Below are positions 18,856-28,634 of a DNA stretch of 57,621 bases, piece after piece; within the stretch, counting starts at the first letter, position 1; every line of letters begins with the position of its first letter. Position numbers and translations under genes: made by a program. The notes beneath the pieces were generated by a model. That model saw only the letters and a program-made list of their open reading frames with translations. It was not told the origin of the DNA and made no database searches. Source of the stretch: Spirochaetia bacterium (GTDB lineage: Bacteria > Spirochaetota > Spirochaetia > Treponematales > Treponemataceae); assembly GCA_022773305.1 (NCBI GenBank), contig JALFAW010000309.1:1-57621 (forward strand), given 5' to 3'.

Positions 18856-19893
18856 TTAGTTATTCAAACTATCATAAATTGAACGTTCAGAACTTAAATC
18901 TTTAAATAATCCAAAGGCTTTTCCTGCACCAATAGCAACACATTCCAAAGGTTTTTCAACAAGAATAACAGGAACTCCTGTTTCTTTAGAAATAAGTCTT
19001 GGCAATTCTCTGAGCATTGAACCACCACCAGTCATAACAATACCTCTTTCTATAATATCAGAAGCAAGTTCTGGAGGAGTTTCACTTAAAACAGATTTAA
19101 TCTCTTCTACAATTTTAGTTACAGGTTCTTTTAATGCTTCTCGAACTTCAACAGAGTCAATTTCTAAACGACGAGGCAAGCCAGTAATAGCATCAGTACC
19201 TTTCAATTCCATTTTTTCAATAGTTTTTTCAGGAGCTGCATTACCAATTTGAATTTTTAATCTTTCAGCAGCAGGTTGACCAATAATAAGGTTATGAACA
19301 CTTTTTACATGTTTTACAATTGCTTCATCAAACTTATCACCACCAATGCGGATAGAATGTGTAACAACCATATCACCAAGTGAAATTACAGAAATTTCAG
19401 CAGTTCCACCACCAATATCACAAATCATGTGACCTGCAGGTTCAAAAATTGGAATATCAGCACCAATAGCTGCTGCACGACTTTCTTCTATTACTTCAAC
19501 TTCTTTTGCTCCAGCTTTTAGAGCCGCTTCAATTACAGCTCTTCGTTCAACATCAGTTACACAAGAAGGAATACCAATTTTCATTCTTACTGATTTAAAA
19601 AACTGATGTCGTGGAATGATTTTCGAAATGAAATACTTAATCATCTTTTCTGTACTGTCAATATCGGCAATTACACCATCTGCTAATGGTCTGATAGCCA
19701 TAATGCTGCCTGGAGTTTTATCCAACATTCGTTTAGCATCAGCACCAACTGCTACTATTCTTTTAGTTCCTTTTTCAACTGCAATAACAGATGGTTCATC
19801 TATAACAATTCCTTTATCACGAACATAAATCAAAGTGTTACATGTTCCAAGGTCAATACCAATATCAGTTGTAAAATGATCAAAAAATCCCAT
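18856..19893 (-). CDS. mreB: Actin-like protein MreB
   Basis: [25 protein letters not shown] motifs. Confidence 0.97.
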   Translation of the reverse strand: MGFFDHFTTDIGIDLGTCNTLIYVRDKGIVIDEPSVIAVEKGTKRIVAVGADAKRMLDKTPGSIMAIRPLADGVIADIDSTEKMIKYFISKIIPRHQFFKSVRMKIGIPSCVTDVERRAVIEAALKAGAKEVEVIEESRAAAIGADIPIFEPAGHMICDIGGGTAEISVISLGDMVVTHSIRIGGDKFDEAIVKHVKSVHNLIIGQPAAERLKIQIGNAAPEKTIEKMELKGTDAITGLPRRLEIDSVEVREALKEPVTKIVEEIKSVLSETPPELASDIIERGIVMTGGGSMLRELPRLISKETGVPVILVEKPLECVAIGAGKAFGLFKDLSSERSIYDSLNN

Positions 19894-19926
19894 TTATTTC
19901 CTCCCAAAACATCATATATATATAAT

Positions 19927-20907
19927 TTAATAATTTGCTAATTTTTGTAAAGCTCCAGGATGATTAACTTGAATCTTTAAAGCTTTTCTCCATTGAGCTC
20001 TAGCTTTTACAATATTACCTTGTTTTTCATATATTACACCAATTCCGTAATTCGCGTCAGCAGAATTTCCGTTTTTTTTCAAAACATTTTCAAATTCTTT
20101 TAAAGCAAGGTCATATTCTTCTTTTTCGATATAAATATTTCCTAGTAATAATTCACTTTTAATAATAATCTCATCATTTTCGCTATTTTTTATAATTCTA
20201 AACAAATATTGTTCTGCAGCATTGTATTGTTTTGCATTTACATATTGTTCAGCAATGGCTAGAAGAAGAGAATCAGACTCTCGTACAAGAAGAGCTTCTG
20301 TAAATGCAGAAATACTTTCCATTGTCATACCAAGTGATGCAAAACTTAATCCTAAGTATTCAGCAATGTCATCCGCAACATAGCCATTTTCTTTTGCTGC
20401 CAATAGATATTTTACTGCTAAATCAGCATAATAATGTGTTGCAATCGTATCTTTGTAAAAATAAGCACGTCCAAGCATATATTGAAGTTGTGGAATAAGT
20501 TTTGGATTTGCATCATACAAAGCAATTCTCAACTTGATTATGCTTTCATCAAGATATGTTTGTGCCTGTAAAGTATCAGTTTGTTCTTGTGATAAATAAA
20601 AACATGAATAACTGTAATAAGTAAGAGCTGTATTATTAAAAGGTTTTTCCTGCAGATAATTTTTTGAAAGTTCGTATACAGCCTGATAATCATATTTTTT
20701 CCAGGCTTCTTGAATTGTTTTAATACTTACTTTACTTTTTTGAAATTTGACAAACGTAAGAATTCCTATCAAGATTGCCATTATGATAAAAATAATGATA
20801 GCGGTAAATGAAATTATTTTTAAGACTGCAAAATTTGTTTTTTTTGCAAAATTCTTATTTTCAATACTGTATTCTTTAGTATAATTTCTTTTACTTTCTT
20901 TTTTCAT
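19927..20907 (-). CDS. Membrane-anchored TPR protein
   Basis: N-terminal TM and TPR repeats (LLGNIYIEKEEYDLALKEFENVL, YGIGVIYEKQGNIVKARAQWRKAL). Start moved to ATG 20907 because the longer ORF overlaps rnpB. Confidence 0.85.
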   Translation of the reverse strand: MKKESKRNYTKEYSIENKNFAKKTNFAVLKIISFTAIIIFIIMAILIGILTFVKFQKSKVSIKTIQEAWKKYDYQAVYELSKNYLQEKPFNNTALTYYSYSCFYLSQEQTDTLQAQTYLDESIIKLRIALYDANPKLIPQLQYMLGRAYFYKDTIATHYYADLAVKYLLAAKENGYVADDIAEYLGLSFASLGMTMESISAFTEALLVRESDSLLLAIAEQYVNAKQYNAAEQYLFRIIKNSENDEIIIKSELLLGNIYIEKEEYDLALKEFENVLKKNGNSADANYGIGVIYEKQGNIVKARAQWRKALKIQVNHPGALQKLANY

Positions 20908-20918
20908 AATAAAAAAAA

Positions 20919-21298
20919 CAGATGGGACAGTAAGCCGGGTTCTGTCTGTCATTAAGACAATAACCATCTATCCGCATCAAATGTTACCATTTGATTCTAG
21001 CGATTTACCCGCAGTATAGCTCGGAAAACTTAACTGCTGCTTAATCTTGCTCCAAATGAGGTTTACAAGCAATAACTGTTACCAGTTATTCGGTAGTCTC
21101 TTACACTACCTTTTCACCCTTGCCATTATTGGCGGTATATTTTCTGTTGCACTTTCTGTCAAACACTGGACTATGCAGAAACTGCAGTTACCATTGTTTG
21201 CCCGGTAATTACCCGGCATTTTTTCCGAAGGAGCCCGGACTTTATCTCATTTTGCACAATTATCATCAAAAGTGTAAAATGCGGTTATATCCCATCTG
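20919..21298 (-). ncRNA. rnpB: RNase P RNA (bacterial type A)
   Basis: Minus strand: P1 CAGAUGGGA..UCCCAUCUG; AAAGUCCGGGC / ACAGAACCCGGCUUA (P4); GAAAGUGCAACAGAAA; AAGGGUGAAAAGG..GUAAGAG; GGAGCAAG; GGGUAAAUCGCU. Confidence 0.96.
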
Positions 21299-21328
21299 AA
21301 TTATTGACATAATTATTACTTTAAAAAA

Positions 21329-22243
21329 CTAATCTTCGTCAGAAGAATCATCAAGTTCGTCTTCACCTGAATCATCTAAATCTGCAGAATCCTCATCTTC
21401 GAAAGAATCATCCGATTCTTCATTTTCTTCGAATTCTTCTTTATCTTCAGATTCATCGTCAAAATCTTCGTCATCAAGTCCTGCAAGACTTCCAGCAAGC
21501 CCAATATTGAAGTAATCTTCTGATTGTTCTTCAGATACTTCTTCGTAGAACAAAATACGACTACAATATGGACAGAATTTTATATTTTCACCTTCTCGAA
21601 CTTCATTTGAAAAATTCGCAGGAAGAATCATATGACATCCTGTACAAACTCCATTTCTTACAGCAACAATTCCTTCAGAATTTCTTTGAATAATTCTTTG
21701 AAATTTAAAAAGAATTTCCTGATCTAAATTTGGCACAATTCTATCTTCTTTTGCTTTAAGTTCTGAGAGTTCTGAATTGTATCCAGAAAGTTCACTGTTT
21801 AATGAATCCTTACTATTATTTAATTCAGATTCCTGGAAGTGAATTAACTCTTCGGTATTTTTCATTCTTTCATCAACATCAGAAAGTTTTTTATCTTCAT
21901 GTTGAAGTTCATGACGAAGATTATCTTCTTTTAATTTTGCTTCTGAAATCTGTTTTTCAAGAGTTTCATATTCACGATGTGTTGTACTGTTTGCAACACC
22001 TTTTTCTCCTTCTTCACGTTCACTGATAGCATCATTTAAATCTGATTTGATTTTATTGATTTTTTCAGCAAGAACATCATACTGGGATTTTAATTCGATG
22101 AATTCTTTCTGAGTTTTTGCCAGTAATTCTTCCTGGTTATGCAGCTGTTTTGGAGCATCAGCTACCTTTTTTTCCAATTCGTATTTCTGTACAAGAATTG
22201 TTTGTAATTCTTTTAAGCTTTCAAAAATTTCTGTTGTTACCAT
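21329..22243 (-). CDS. Coiled-coil C4 zinc-ribbon protein (CT398/HP0958-like) with acidic tail
   Basis: Long coiled coil followed by CTGCHM..CPYCSRIL; D/E-rich C-terminus. Confidence 0.88.
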   Translation of the reverse strand: MVTTEIFESLKELQTILVQKYELEKKVADAPKQLHNQEELLAKTQKEFIELKSQYDVLAEKINKIKSDLNDAISEREEGEKGVANSTTHREYETLEKQISEAKLKEDNLRHELQHEDKKLSDVDERMKNTEELIHFQESELNNSKDSLNSELSGYNSELSELKAKEDRIVPNLDQEILFKFQRIIQRNSEGIVAVRNGVCTGCHMILPANFSNEVREGENIKFCPYCSRILFYEEVSEEQSEDYFNIGLAGSLAGLDDEDFDDESEDKEEFEENEESDDSFEDEDSADLDDSGEDELDDSSDED

Positions 22244-22331
22244 ACAAGGTCCTCATTTAAAATATTTTTAAATATACAATAAATATCAATTTTAGTCTAT
22301 TAGGCTTTTAAAAACTGTCTAAAAAATTGTA

Positions 22332-24188
22332 TCAGGTTTCAACATAATCCCTTAAACCGTTTGCACGACGAGGATGTCGAAGTCTGCGTAAAGCTTTTGC
22401 TTCAATCTGACGAATTCGTTCACGAGTTACGTCAAAATAAAGACCAACTTCTTCAAGTGTCAATGAATAGCCGTCATCAAGTCCAAATCTCATTTTCAAT
22501 ACTTCCTGTTCCCGAGATGGCAATGTATTTAACACAGAACGAAGCTGTTCCTGTAACAAAGTGTAAGCTGTCTGTGAAGCAGGATTTTCAACTTCTTTAT
22601 CCTCAATAAAATCACCAAGAATAGAATCTTCTTCTTCTCCAATTGGAGTTTCCAAAGAAATAGGTTCTCTGGCAACATTTTTTACTTGTTTTACACGGCT
22701 CAAAGGCCATCCAAGCTGCTGTGCAATTTCATCATCAGTCGGTTCGCGACCAAGTTTCTGCATAAGCTGACGACTTTCACGCACAACTTTATTTATCTGT
22801 TCAATCATATGAACTGGAACTCGAATTGTTCTTGCCTGATCAGAAATAGAACGTGTAATTGCCTGACGAATCCACCATGTAGCATAAGTCGAGAATTTAA
22901 AACCTTTCCGGTATTCAAATTTTTCAACTGCTTTGATAAGACCAATATTTCCCTCTTGAACCAAGTCAAACATATGAAGACCACGATTCGTATACTTTTT
23001 AGCAATTGAAACAACAAGACGAAGGTTTGCATTAATCAAGCGGTTTTTCGCTTTTTCCATCATTTTTCGTCCAGATTCAATTTCTCTTGCCATGTTCTGA
23101 ATATCATCAACATTATTTTCGAATTCATATTCAAGACGATGAAGTTTCCTGTCAATTTTCTGAATCTGTGTATAAATCTCACGGATTTCATCTGCCGTCA
23201 TATTCAATTCTTTTTCAAGAAAAACTACCTGAGATTTAATAGAAATTTTTCTTCCCAAACTTCTCAACTCAGACGGAGAAGAAACGCGAAGTTCCTTCAT
23301 CTTTTTTTCCTGCTTCTGATAATACTCTTCTATTTTAATCGTTGCTTCACGATATTTTTGAGTAAACTTATCAAGTTCTTCTGTCTGAATGTCAATTTTT
23401 TTTAATTCTGGGAGAATTTTGTCTCTCAATTCAATAAGCTGTTCATTCTCAAAAATAGAATTTGACTGATTTGTTTCAAAGAGCTGCCGTTTGAGCTGCA
23501 TATATTGTTTCATTTCAGATAAAACTGGTTTGATATGTTCTCCATAAGCAGATTTTAAACGTCTTTTATCAGCCATTTCTTCATTGATTTCTTTTCTGGT
23601 TTTTCCAGGTTCATGAATATCTATTCTAGAAAAAGCTTTTTGTGCTACTGCATAAAACTCAGGAATCATTATACCGGAATTTATGATAACATTTTTAATA
23701 ATATTATTTCCCTGTTCCATTGTTTTAGAAAGTTCTACTTCCTGTTCTGCAGTCAATAAATTTTCTTTTCCGATTTCACGAAGATAAAGACGAATAGGAT
23801 CGTCAATGCTTGAATCTTTATCATTGTTAACAAGTTTGCTTCTAGATGCCTTTTCAGCTTTTTCAATTTCAGAAATTGTTTCATCATCATCAGTAACAAG
23901 ATCATCATCTGTATCTAGAATCAAATCATCTTCCATGCCATCATCAACTTCCTGTTCAATGATGTCAGTTTCAATAGGCTCACGACCAATTTCCTTTAAT
24001 AAATCCAATACAGGTTCCATTAAATCATCTGAATTAACGAATTCCTGTCCTAAATATGAAATAATGTCGTCCCATGTAATAGCCGATTTTGATTTTGCAT
24101 ATTCCAGTAATTTTTCAATGGCTGGATTTGACATTAATCCCTGTGCTGTTTTGTCATTTTCTGAAGTATTTGAATTAGTAACTTCCAT
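22332..24188 (-). CDS. rpoD: Primary sigma factor sigma70
   Basis: [56 protein letters not shown]; follows dnaG. Confidence 0.97.
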   Translation of the reverse strand: MEVTNSNTSENDKTAQGLMSNPAIEKLLEYAKSKSAITWDDIISYLGQEFVNSDDLMEPVLDLLKEIGREPIETDIIEQEVDDGMEDDLILDTDDDLVTDDDETISEIEKAEKASRSKLVNNDKDSSIDDPIRLYLREIGKENLLTAEQEVELSKTMEQGNNIIKNVIINSGIMIPEFYAVAQKAFSRIDIHEPGKTRKEINEEMADKRRLKSAYGEHIKPVLSEMKQYMQLKRQLFETNQSNSIFENEQLIELRDKILPELKKIDIQTEELDKFTQKYREATIKIEEYYQKQEKKMKELRVSSPSELRSLGRKISIKSQVVFLEKELNMTADEIREIYTQIQKIDRKLHRLEYEFENNVDDIQNMAREIESGRKMMEKAKNRLINANLRLVVSIAKKYTNRGLHMFDLVQEGNIGLIKAVEKFEYRKGFKFSTYATWWIRQAITRSISDQARTIRVPVHMIEQINKVVRESRQLMQKLGREPTDDEIAQQLGWPLSRVKQVKNVAREPISLETPIGEEEDSILGDFIEDKEVENPASQTAYTLLQEQLRSVLNTLPSREQEVLKMRFGLDDGYSLTLEEVGLYFDVTRERIRQIEAKALRRLRHPRRANGLRDYVET

Positions 24189-24201
24189 TCTGTGTGTTCA
24201 C

Positions 24202-26043
24202 CTATTTTTTTACTAATGCTTGAATCTTTTTATCGAGTTCAAGTTTTTCTTTTAGAAGATTATTAAACTGAATCTGATCATCTTCTGTTGCTATCGAATT
24301 GGAATATTCTTTGATTCTCTTTGATAACTTATTTCTTTGGTCTTCAAGTCTGTTTTTTAATATATAATCGATTGTGTCCTGAATGAAAACATCAATCTTT
24401 TCTCTTTGATAGACTCCCGAAGAAATTGATTCGGTTATAAGTTGAACCAGTTCTTTGTCATCTTCTTTTTGATTTAAACAATCCAGAATATCTTTAATAG
24501 TAAAAGAATTTTCTTTTTCAATATAACACTCTTCTAATGTTTTAAAAAGCCGACGTGCATAAATATTTTGTAAATCGTTTTCACAAAGCTTTGAACGTAT
24601 GTTTTTGAACTGTCCCGGGTCAGCAGTAACAGCTATTAATCCCCTTAATTCAGCATCTAGCTTTATTGGAGTATTCTGTTCTATTTGATTTGTATTATTC
24701 CGGATGTTTGAACGCTCTTGGGCTCGATTACGATTTAAAAAATCCCTTTTTACAGCCTCCGGTTTTAGATTGAATGTCTGACACAATTGTTCTAGACAAG
24801 ACTCTCTTTGTATATCAGACTTAAGTACATCAACATATTGGAAAAATTCCAACGCTGCCTTCGTTTTTCCCTCAGGTGTGTCCAAAGGGTATTTTTCACC
24901 TAGTCTAAGTAAAAGATAGTCGCAATCTAATATAGCATTGTTTACCTGCGAAGTCAAGTTATTTTTACCATATTTTAAAAGAATTTCTGAGGGATCTTTG
25001 CCCCCTTTTAATCTTATTATCCTGACAGTCAAATCATTTTCACGGCACAATTTAATTGCTTTCCAAGTTGCATTTTGTCCAGCTCCATCAGAATCAAAAG
25101 ATAGAAAAACTGTGCCGTCAGCAACAAATCCTTGAATCATTTTTATATGTTCCACTGTCATTGCTGTTCCTAAAGTTGCAACTGCATAATCAAGTCCACA
25201 CTGATGATAAGCAATTACATCCATATTTCCTTCGCAAAAAATGATTTTTTTATTCTGCCTTATTGAATTTTTTGCAAAATTAAACCCAAAAAGAGTTTCT
25301 CGTTTTTTAAACTGCGGTAAATCCGGCGAATTTAAATATTTTCTTTGAGATTCATCAGCTGGTGGAATTACACGCCCTCCGAATGCAACAACCTGTCCCC
25401 TTCTGTTAAAAATTGGAAACATCAACCTGCCCGAAAAAAAAGAATAATCAGGATATTTTTGACTGAATAATCCAGATTTGTTTAAAAAATCATCTGAAAA
25501 GTGTTTTTTTCGTAAAAAATCTTTGAGCCATTTTCTATCATCCGGAGAATAACCAATTTTAAACTTTTTTATAATATCGATTGAAAGTCCTCGTTTTAAA
25601 ACATAATCAAGAGCTTTTTTCCCTTGTTGAGTTTCAAGAAGAAAATAATGAAACATAGAAGCTGTTCTTTCATACAAATCTATGTATTTTTCAGCTTCAT
25701 CATTTGCTTTATGCAAATTGGAATCGTTTTTATCACCATTTTTGTATTTTATTGGAATACTCATTTTTTTTGCAATGGAAATGAGTGCTTCAGAATATGG
25801 AAGTTTTTCCATCTCCATAACAAAAGAAATAATATTTCCACCTTTATGACATCCAAAACAATAATAAAACTTTTGATTTACATCAACATGGAACGATGGA
25901 GTTTTTTCGCCGTGAAAAGGACAACATCCCCACCAGTCATTTGGAGAACGTTGTTCCAACCTAGTGTATTCTCCAATAATCGAAATGATATCAGGAGAAT
26001 TGAGAATTGCATCAATTGTTTCGTTTGAAATAAAATTTGCCAA
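24202..26043 (-). CDS. dnaG: DNA primase
   Basis: CPFH.EKTPSF..CFGC zinc finger, RLMFPI, KYLNSP, Toprim EGNMDV and DSDGAG. Confidence 0.97.
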   Translation of the reverse strand: MANFISNETIDAILNSPDIISIIGEYTRLEQRSPNDWWGCCPFHGEKTPSFHVDVNQKFYYCFGCHKGGNIISFVMEMEKLPYSEALISIAKKMSIPIKYKNGDKNDSNLHKANDEAEKYIDLYERTASMFHYFLLETQQGKKALDYVLKRGLSIDIIKKFKIGYSPDDRKWLKDFLRKKHFSDDFLNKSGLFSQKYPDYSFFSGRLMFPIFNRRGQVVAFGGRVIPPADESQRKYLNSPDLPQFKKRETLFGFNFAKNSIRQNKKIIFCEGNMDVIAYHQCGLDYAVATLGTAMTVEHIKMIQGFVADGTVFLSFDSDGAGQNATWKAIKLCRENDLTVRIIRLKGGKDPSEILLKYGKNNLTSQVNNAILDCDYLLLRLGEKYPLDTPEGKTKAALEFFQYVDVLKSDIQRESCLEQLCQTFNLKPEAVKRDFLNRNRAQERSNIRNNTNQIEQNTPIKLDAELRGLIAVTADPGQFKNIRSKLCENDLQNIYARRLFKTLEECYIEKENSFTIKDILDCLNQKEDDKELVQLITESISSGVYQREKIDVFIQDTIDYILKNRLEDQRNKLSKRIKEYSNSIATEDDQIQFNNLLKEKLELDKKIQALVKK

Positions 26044-27120
26044 TTACTTTGCTGCCTTTTTTGAAACAAGATTATGATTTTCAATGTGTTCTTCAAAACT
26101 TTTGGTGAATACATGACGTCCTGTTTGTGCATCTGCTATTTGAAAATAATAATAATTAGTTTTTGGGGTATTTGTAGCTGCATTTAAAGCAACAACTCCT
26201 GGATTTGATATGGCTCCAGGAGGTAAACCTGCATATTTATATGTATTGTAGGGACTATCAATCTTTGTATCTTCTATCAAAATTCTATCAGGATGAGGAC
26301 GCCCTTGTAATTCTGTTAAAATGTATACAACAGTTGCACAAGAATAAAGTCCAATATTCCGGCGTAAACGATTTTGGAAAACACTTGCAATTAAAGGAGC
26401 TTCTTCTTCTAGTCTGTATTCACGTTCAACTATTGATGCCAGACGTACTGTATAAAATAAATCTTCTGGATTTTTTTCACTTAAATTCGGGATTGTATTA
26501 ATCTTTTCAAAAAAATTGTCAAGCATGCTGCATATAACTGTTTCAGTTTTCATTCCAAGTGTAAAAAAATATGTATCAGGAAATAAATATCCTTCACAAG
26601 AATCTGCTGGAATCTGATATTTTGAAAGAAGATTTTTATCTTTAGAAATATTGATGAAATCATTTTTTGAGCAGACCCTGTTTTCTTCGAGAAGTTCTGC
26701 AATCTTTGATATTGTAAAACCTTCTGGAATGGAAATTTTTATATATTCCTGTTGACCTGATGATAAAAGTTCTAGAATTTCAGGAATCTTCATGTCATTT
26801 TTTACATAATAAACTCCGCTTTTAAGTGAAAAATCTAAATCGGAATTTTTTGGAAAAAGAAATTTTCGAATTTGAGGAAATCTTGCACAATAATAAAAAA
26901 GTTTTTCATTCTTAATAAGGTTATTTTCTTTTAGAACAGAAGAAATCTGATAAATCGACATGCCATAAGGAACTTCAATTCTTACTTGTAAAGTTTCATT
27001 TTTGGGATTATTTGAATCAACTGGTGGCCTTGAAACAGTATAAAGTAAAAAAAATCCTAATCCAAAAATCAAAAAAAGAATAAATAAAATTATAATAGAA
27101 ATTTTTATTGATTTTTTCAT
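26044..27120 (-). CDS. mltG: Endolytic transglycosylase MltG
   Basis: IPEGFT, EGYLFPDTY, ASIVERE, SPYNTYKYAGLPPGAISNPG. Confidence 0.95.
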   Translation of the reverse strand: MKKSIKISIIILFILFLIFGLGFFLLYTVSRPPVDSNNPKNETLQVRIEVPYGMSIYQISSVLKENNLIKNEKLFYYCARFPQIRKFLFPKNSDLDFSLKSGVYYVKNDMKIPEILELLSSGQQEYIKISIPEGFTISKIAELLEENRVCSKNDFINISKDKNLLSKYQIPADSCEGYLFPDTYFFTLGMKTETVICSMLDNFFEKINTIPNLSEKNPEDLFYTVRLASIVEREYRLEEEAPLIASVFQNRLRRNIGLYSCATVVYILTELQGRPHPDRILIEDTKIDSPYNTYKYAGLPPGAISNPGVVALNAATNTPKTNYYYFQIADAQTGRHVFTKSFEEHIENHNLVSKKAAK

Positions 27121-27308
27121 GAATAAAAACGTTTAACCTCATCAAGTGAAAGTGTATTATAAATAGAATCCTCCAAAACATGATAAAATGATTCTAATCC
27201 ATCTGGAAGCTTTTCTTCATTTTGACGTAAAAATTTTGCTAGTAGAAAAAGTTCCTTTTTTGAAAAATTATATTCTAAAACAGAAATATCTTCATTATTA
27301 ATTTTCAT
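27117..27308 (-). CDS. Small hypothetical protein
   Basis: 63 aa filling the operon gap; ATGA overlap with mltG. Confidence 0.65.
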   Translation of the reverse strand: MKINNEDISVLEYNFSKKELFLLAKFLRQNEEKLPDGLESFYHVLEDSIYNTLSLDEVKRFYS

Positions 27309-27329
27309 AACCGCTCACGATTTATAAAA

Positions 27330-28262
27330 CTACAATTCCACTTCCAAAGATTCTTTTGCAATCTCTATCTGAATGTCAGAATGCCCAATATATTGAGCAT
27401 ACCACCTTGCAGCTTGTAGAATTGAATCTAGTTTTCTATCATCATACGTTGGTTCATGATGAAATAAAAAAATCTTTTTAATATGCCAAAAAATAGCAAA
27501 ATCTATAACATAACAAAATGCAGAATGTCCCCAATTTTCCTTTCTGTACACTTCTTCAACAGTATATTGTGAATCAATTACAATTACATCTGCATCTTTA
27601 AAAACTTCCTGTCCATCTGTTTTTGAAGAAAAATCTGTGGTTTTCAATTCAATATCAGTGGCATAGACAAATTTTTTTCCATTAACCTCAAAGGAAAAAG
27701 AATAAGAATCTCCTGGATGACGCATTTTGTGGGAATTTACTTTTATATCATCAATAAAAAATTCTTTATCTTCTTGTATATTATTAAAAACGATATTTTT
27801 TGTGATAGAGGGTGCAACTGAGGGCGGACTATAAGGTTCTCTTATCTGATTGTAAAAATATGTTTTTGCATCTTTGTAATGAGAATAAATTTGAATTTCT
27901 AAGTTTGGATTAAATGCGTGATCAAAAAAAGGAAAACCGTTTATATGGTCCCAATGAAAATGAGAAAGAAAAAGATGATATTTTTGAGGACACTTTTTAG
28001 ATTTGCCTAAAACTCTTAAGCCCGTTCCAGCATCGAGTATTATATCAGTATTATTGTGAATAAGTTCAACACAAGCAGTATTTCCACCTGTTGTTCCAAA
28101 AATCCATGATGGCAACATTGAAACAAATTTGGCTCGTGTTTCTGAATTTTTCAAATCTTCGACTGTAATTCTTTGCACGGTAGCCAATATTTTTGATTGT
28201 ATTTGTTGTGGTGTCAATGGAGTAGGAATTGAACCTCTTACTCCCCAAAAATGAATTTTCAC
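27330..28262 (-). CDS. MBL-fold metallo-hydrolase
   Basis: WGVRGSIP, GGNTAC, DAGTG, HFHWDH (HxHxDH), WGHS, FHHEP; GTG start after AGAGGA. Confidence 0.9.
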   Translation of the reverse strand: MKIHFWGVRGSIPTPLTPQQIQSKILATVQRITVEDLKNSETRAKFVSMLPSWIFGTTGGNTACVELIHNNTDIILDAGTGLRVLGKSKKCPQKYHLFLSHFHWDHINGFPFFDHAFNPNLEIQIYSHYKDAKTYFYNQIREPYSPPSVAPSITKNIVFNNIQEDKEFFIDDIKVNSHKMRHPGDSYSFSFEVNGKKFVYATDIELKTTDFSSKTDGQEVFKDADVIVIDSQYTVEEVYRKENWGHSAFCYVIDFAIFWHIKKIFLFHHEPTYDDRKLDSILQAARWYAQYIGHSDIQIEIAKESLEVEL

Positions 28263-28364
28263 AATAATCCTCTTTTTTGCATATTAAATTTAAACTATAG
28301 AATGAAAATTGTCTATAAAAAAATGAAAAAAAACTGAAAAATTGATTATGAAAATGAAAAGAAT

Positions 28365-28392
28365 AAAAAAAAAGAGCTAGAAAACTAGCTCT
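28365..28392 (-). terminator. Intrinsic terminator after tRNA-Tyr
   Basis: AGAGCTAG-TTTT-CTAGCTCT hairpin followed by a U-run on the minus strand. Confidence 0.8.
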
Positions 28393-28398
28393 GATTCT

Positions 28399-28480
28399 TG
28401 GGGAGTTGAGGATTCGAACCTCAGAAGCCGACGGCAACAGATTTACAGTCTGTCCTATTTGACCACTCTAGAAACTCCCC
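28399..28480 (-). tRNA. tRNA-Tyr (GTA), CCA not encoded
   Basis: GGGGAGT..ACTCCCCA acceptor stem, ACAGA-CTGTAAA-TCTGT anticodon arm, long variable arm, GGTTCGAATCC. Confidence 0.97.
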
Positions 28481-28484
28481 ATTA

Positions 28485-28557
28485 AGCTGCTTGTAGGATT
28501 TGGACCCACGACCCCGAGATTACAAATCACGTGCTCTACCAGCTGAGCTAAAGCAGC
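28485..28557 (-). tRNA. tRNA-Thr (TGT), CCA not encoded
   Basis: GCTGCTT..AAGCAGCT acceptor stem, AGCTCAGCTGGTAGAGC D-arm, anticodon loop TTTGTAA; atypical T-loop TCCAAAT. Confidence 0.92.
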
Positions 28558-28586
28558 ATTTAGGTTGTTCGTTGTGAACGTTTATA

Positions 28587-28615
28587 ATAATATACTCTTT
28601 GAAAAAAAAAGTCAA
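28587..28615 (-). promoter_or_regulatory. Putative sigma70 promoter of tRNA-Thr/Tyr
   Basis: Minus strand TTGACT-17 bp-TATTAT, ~30 nt upstream of tRNA-Thr. Confidence 0.65.
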
Positions 28616-28634
28616 TATGCAAAAACATTTTTTT

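Noticed and set aside
20908-20967. Upstream start of the TPR gene at 20967
   Set aside because: Overlaps the 3' end of RNase P RNA.
23806-24216. 136-aa Ser-rich plus-strand ORF
   Set aside because: Antisense shadow of the acidic N-terminal region of rpoD.
28066-28437. 123-aa minus-strand ORF
   Set aside because: Starts inside tRNA-Tyr, crosses its terminator and overlaps the MBL gene out of frame.
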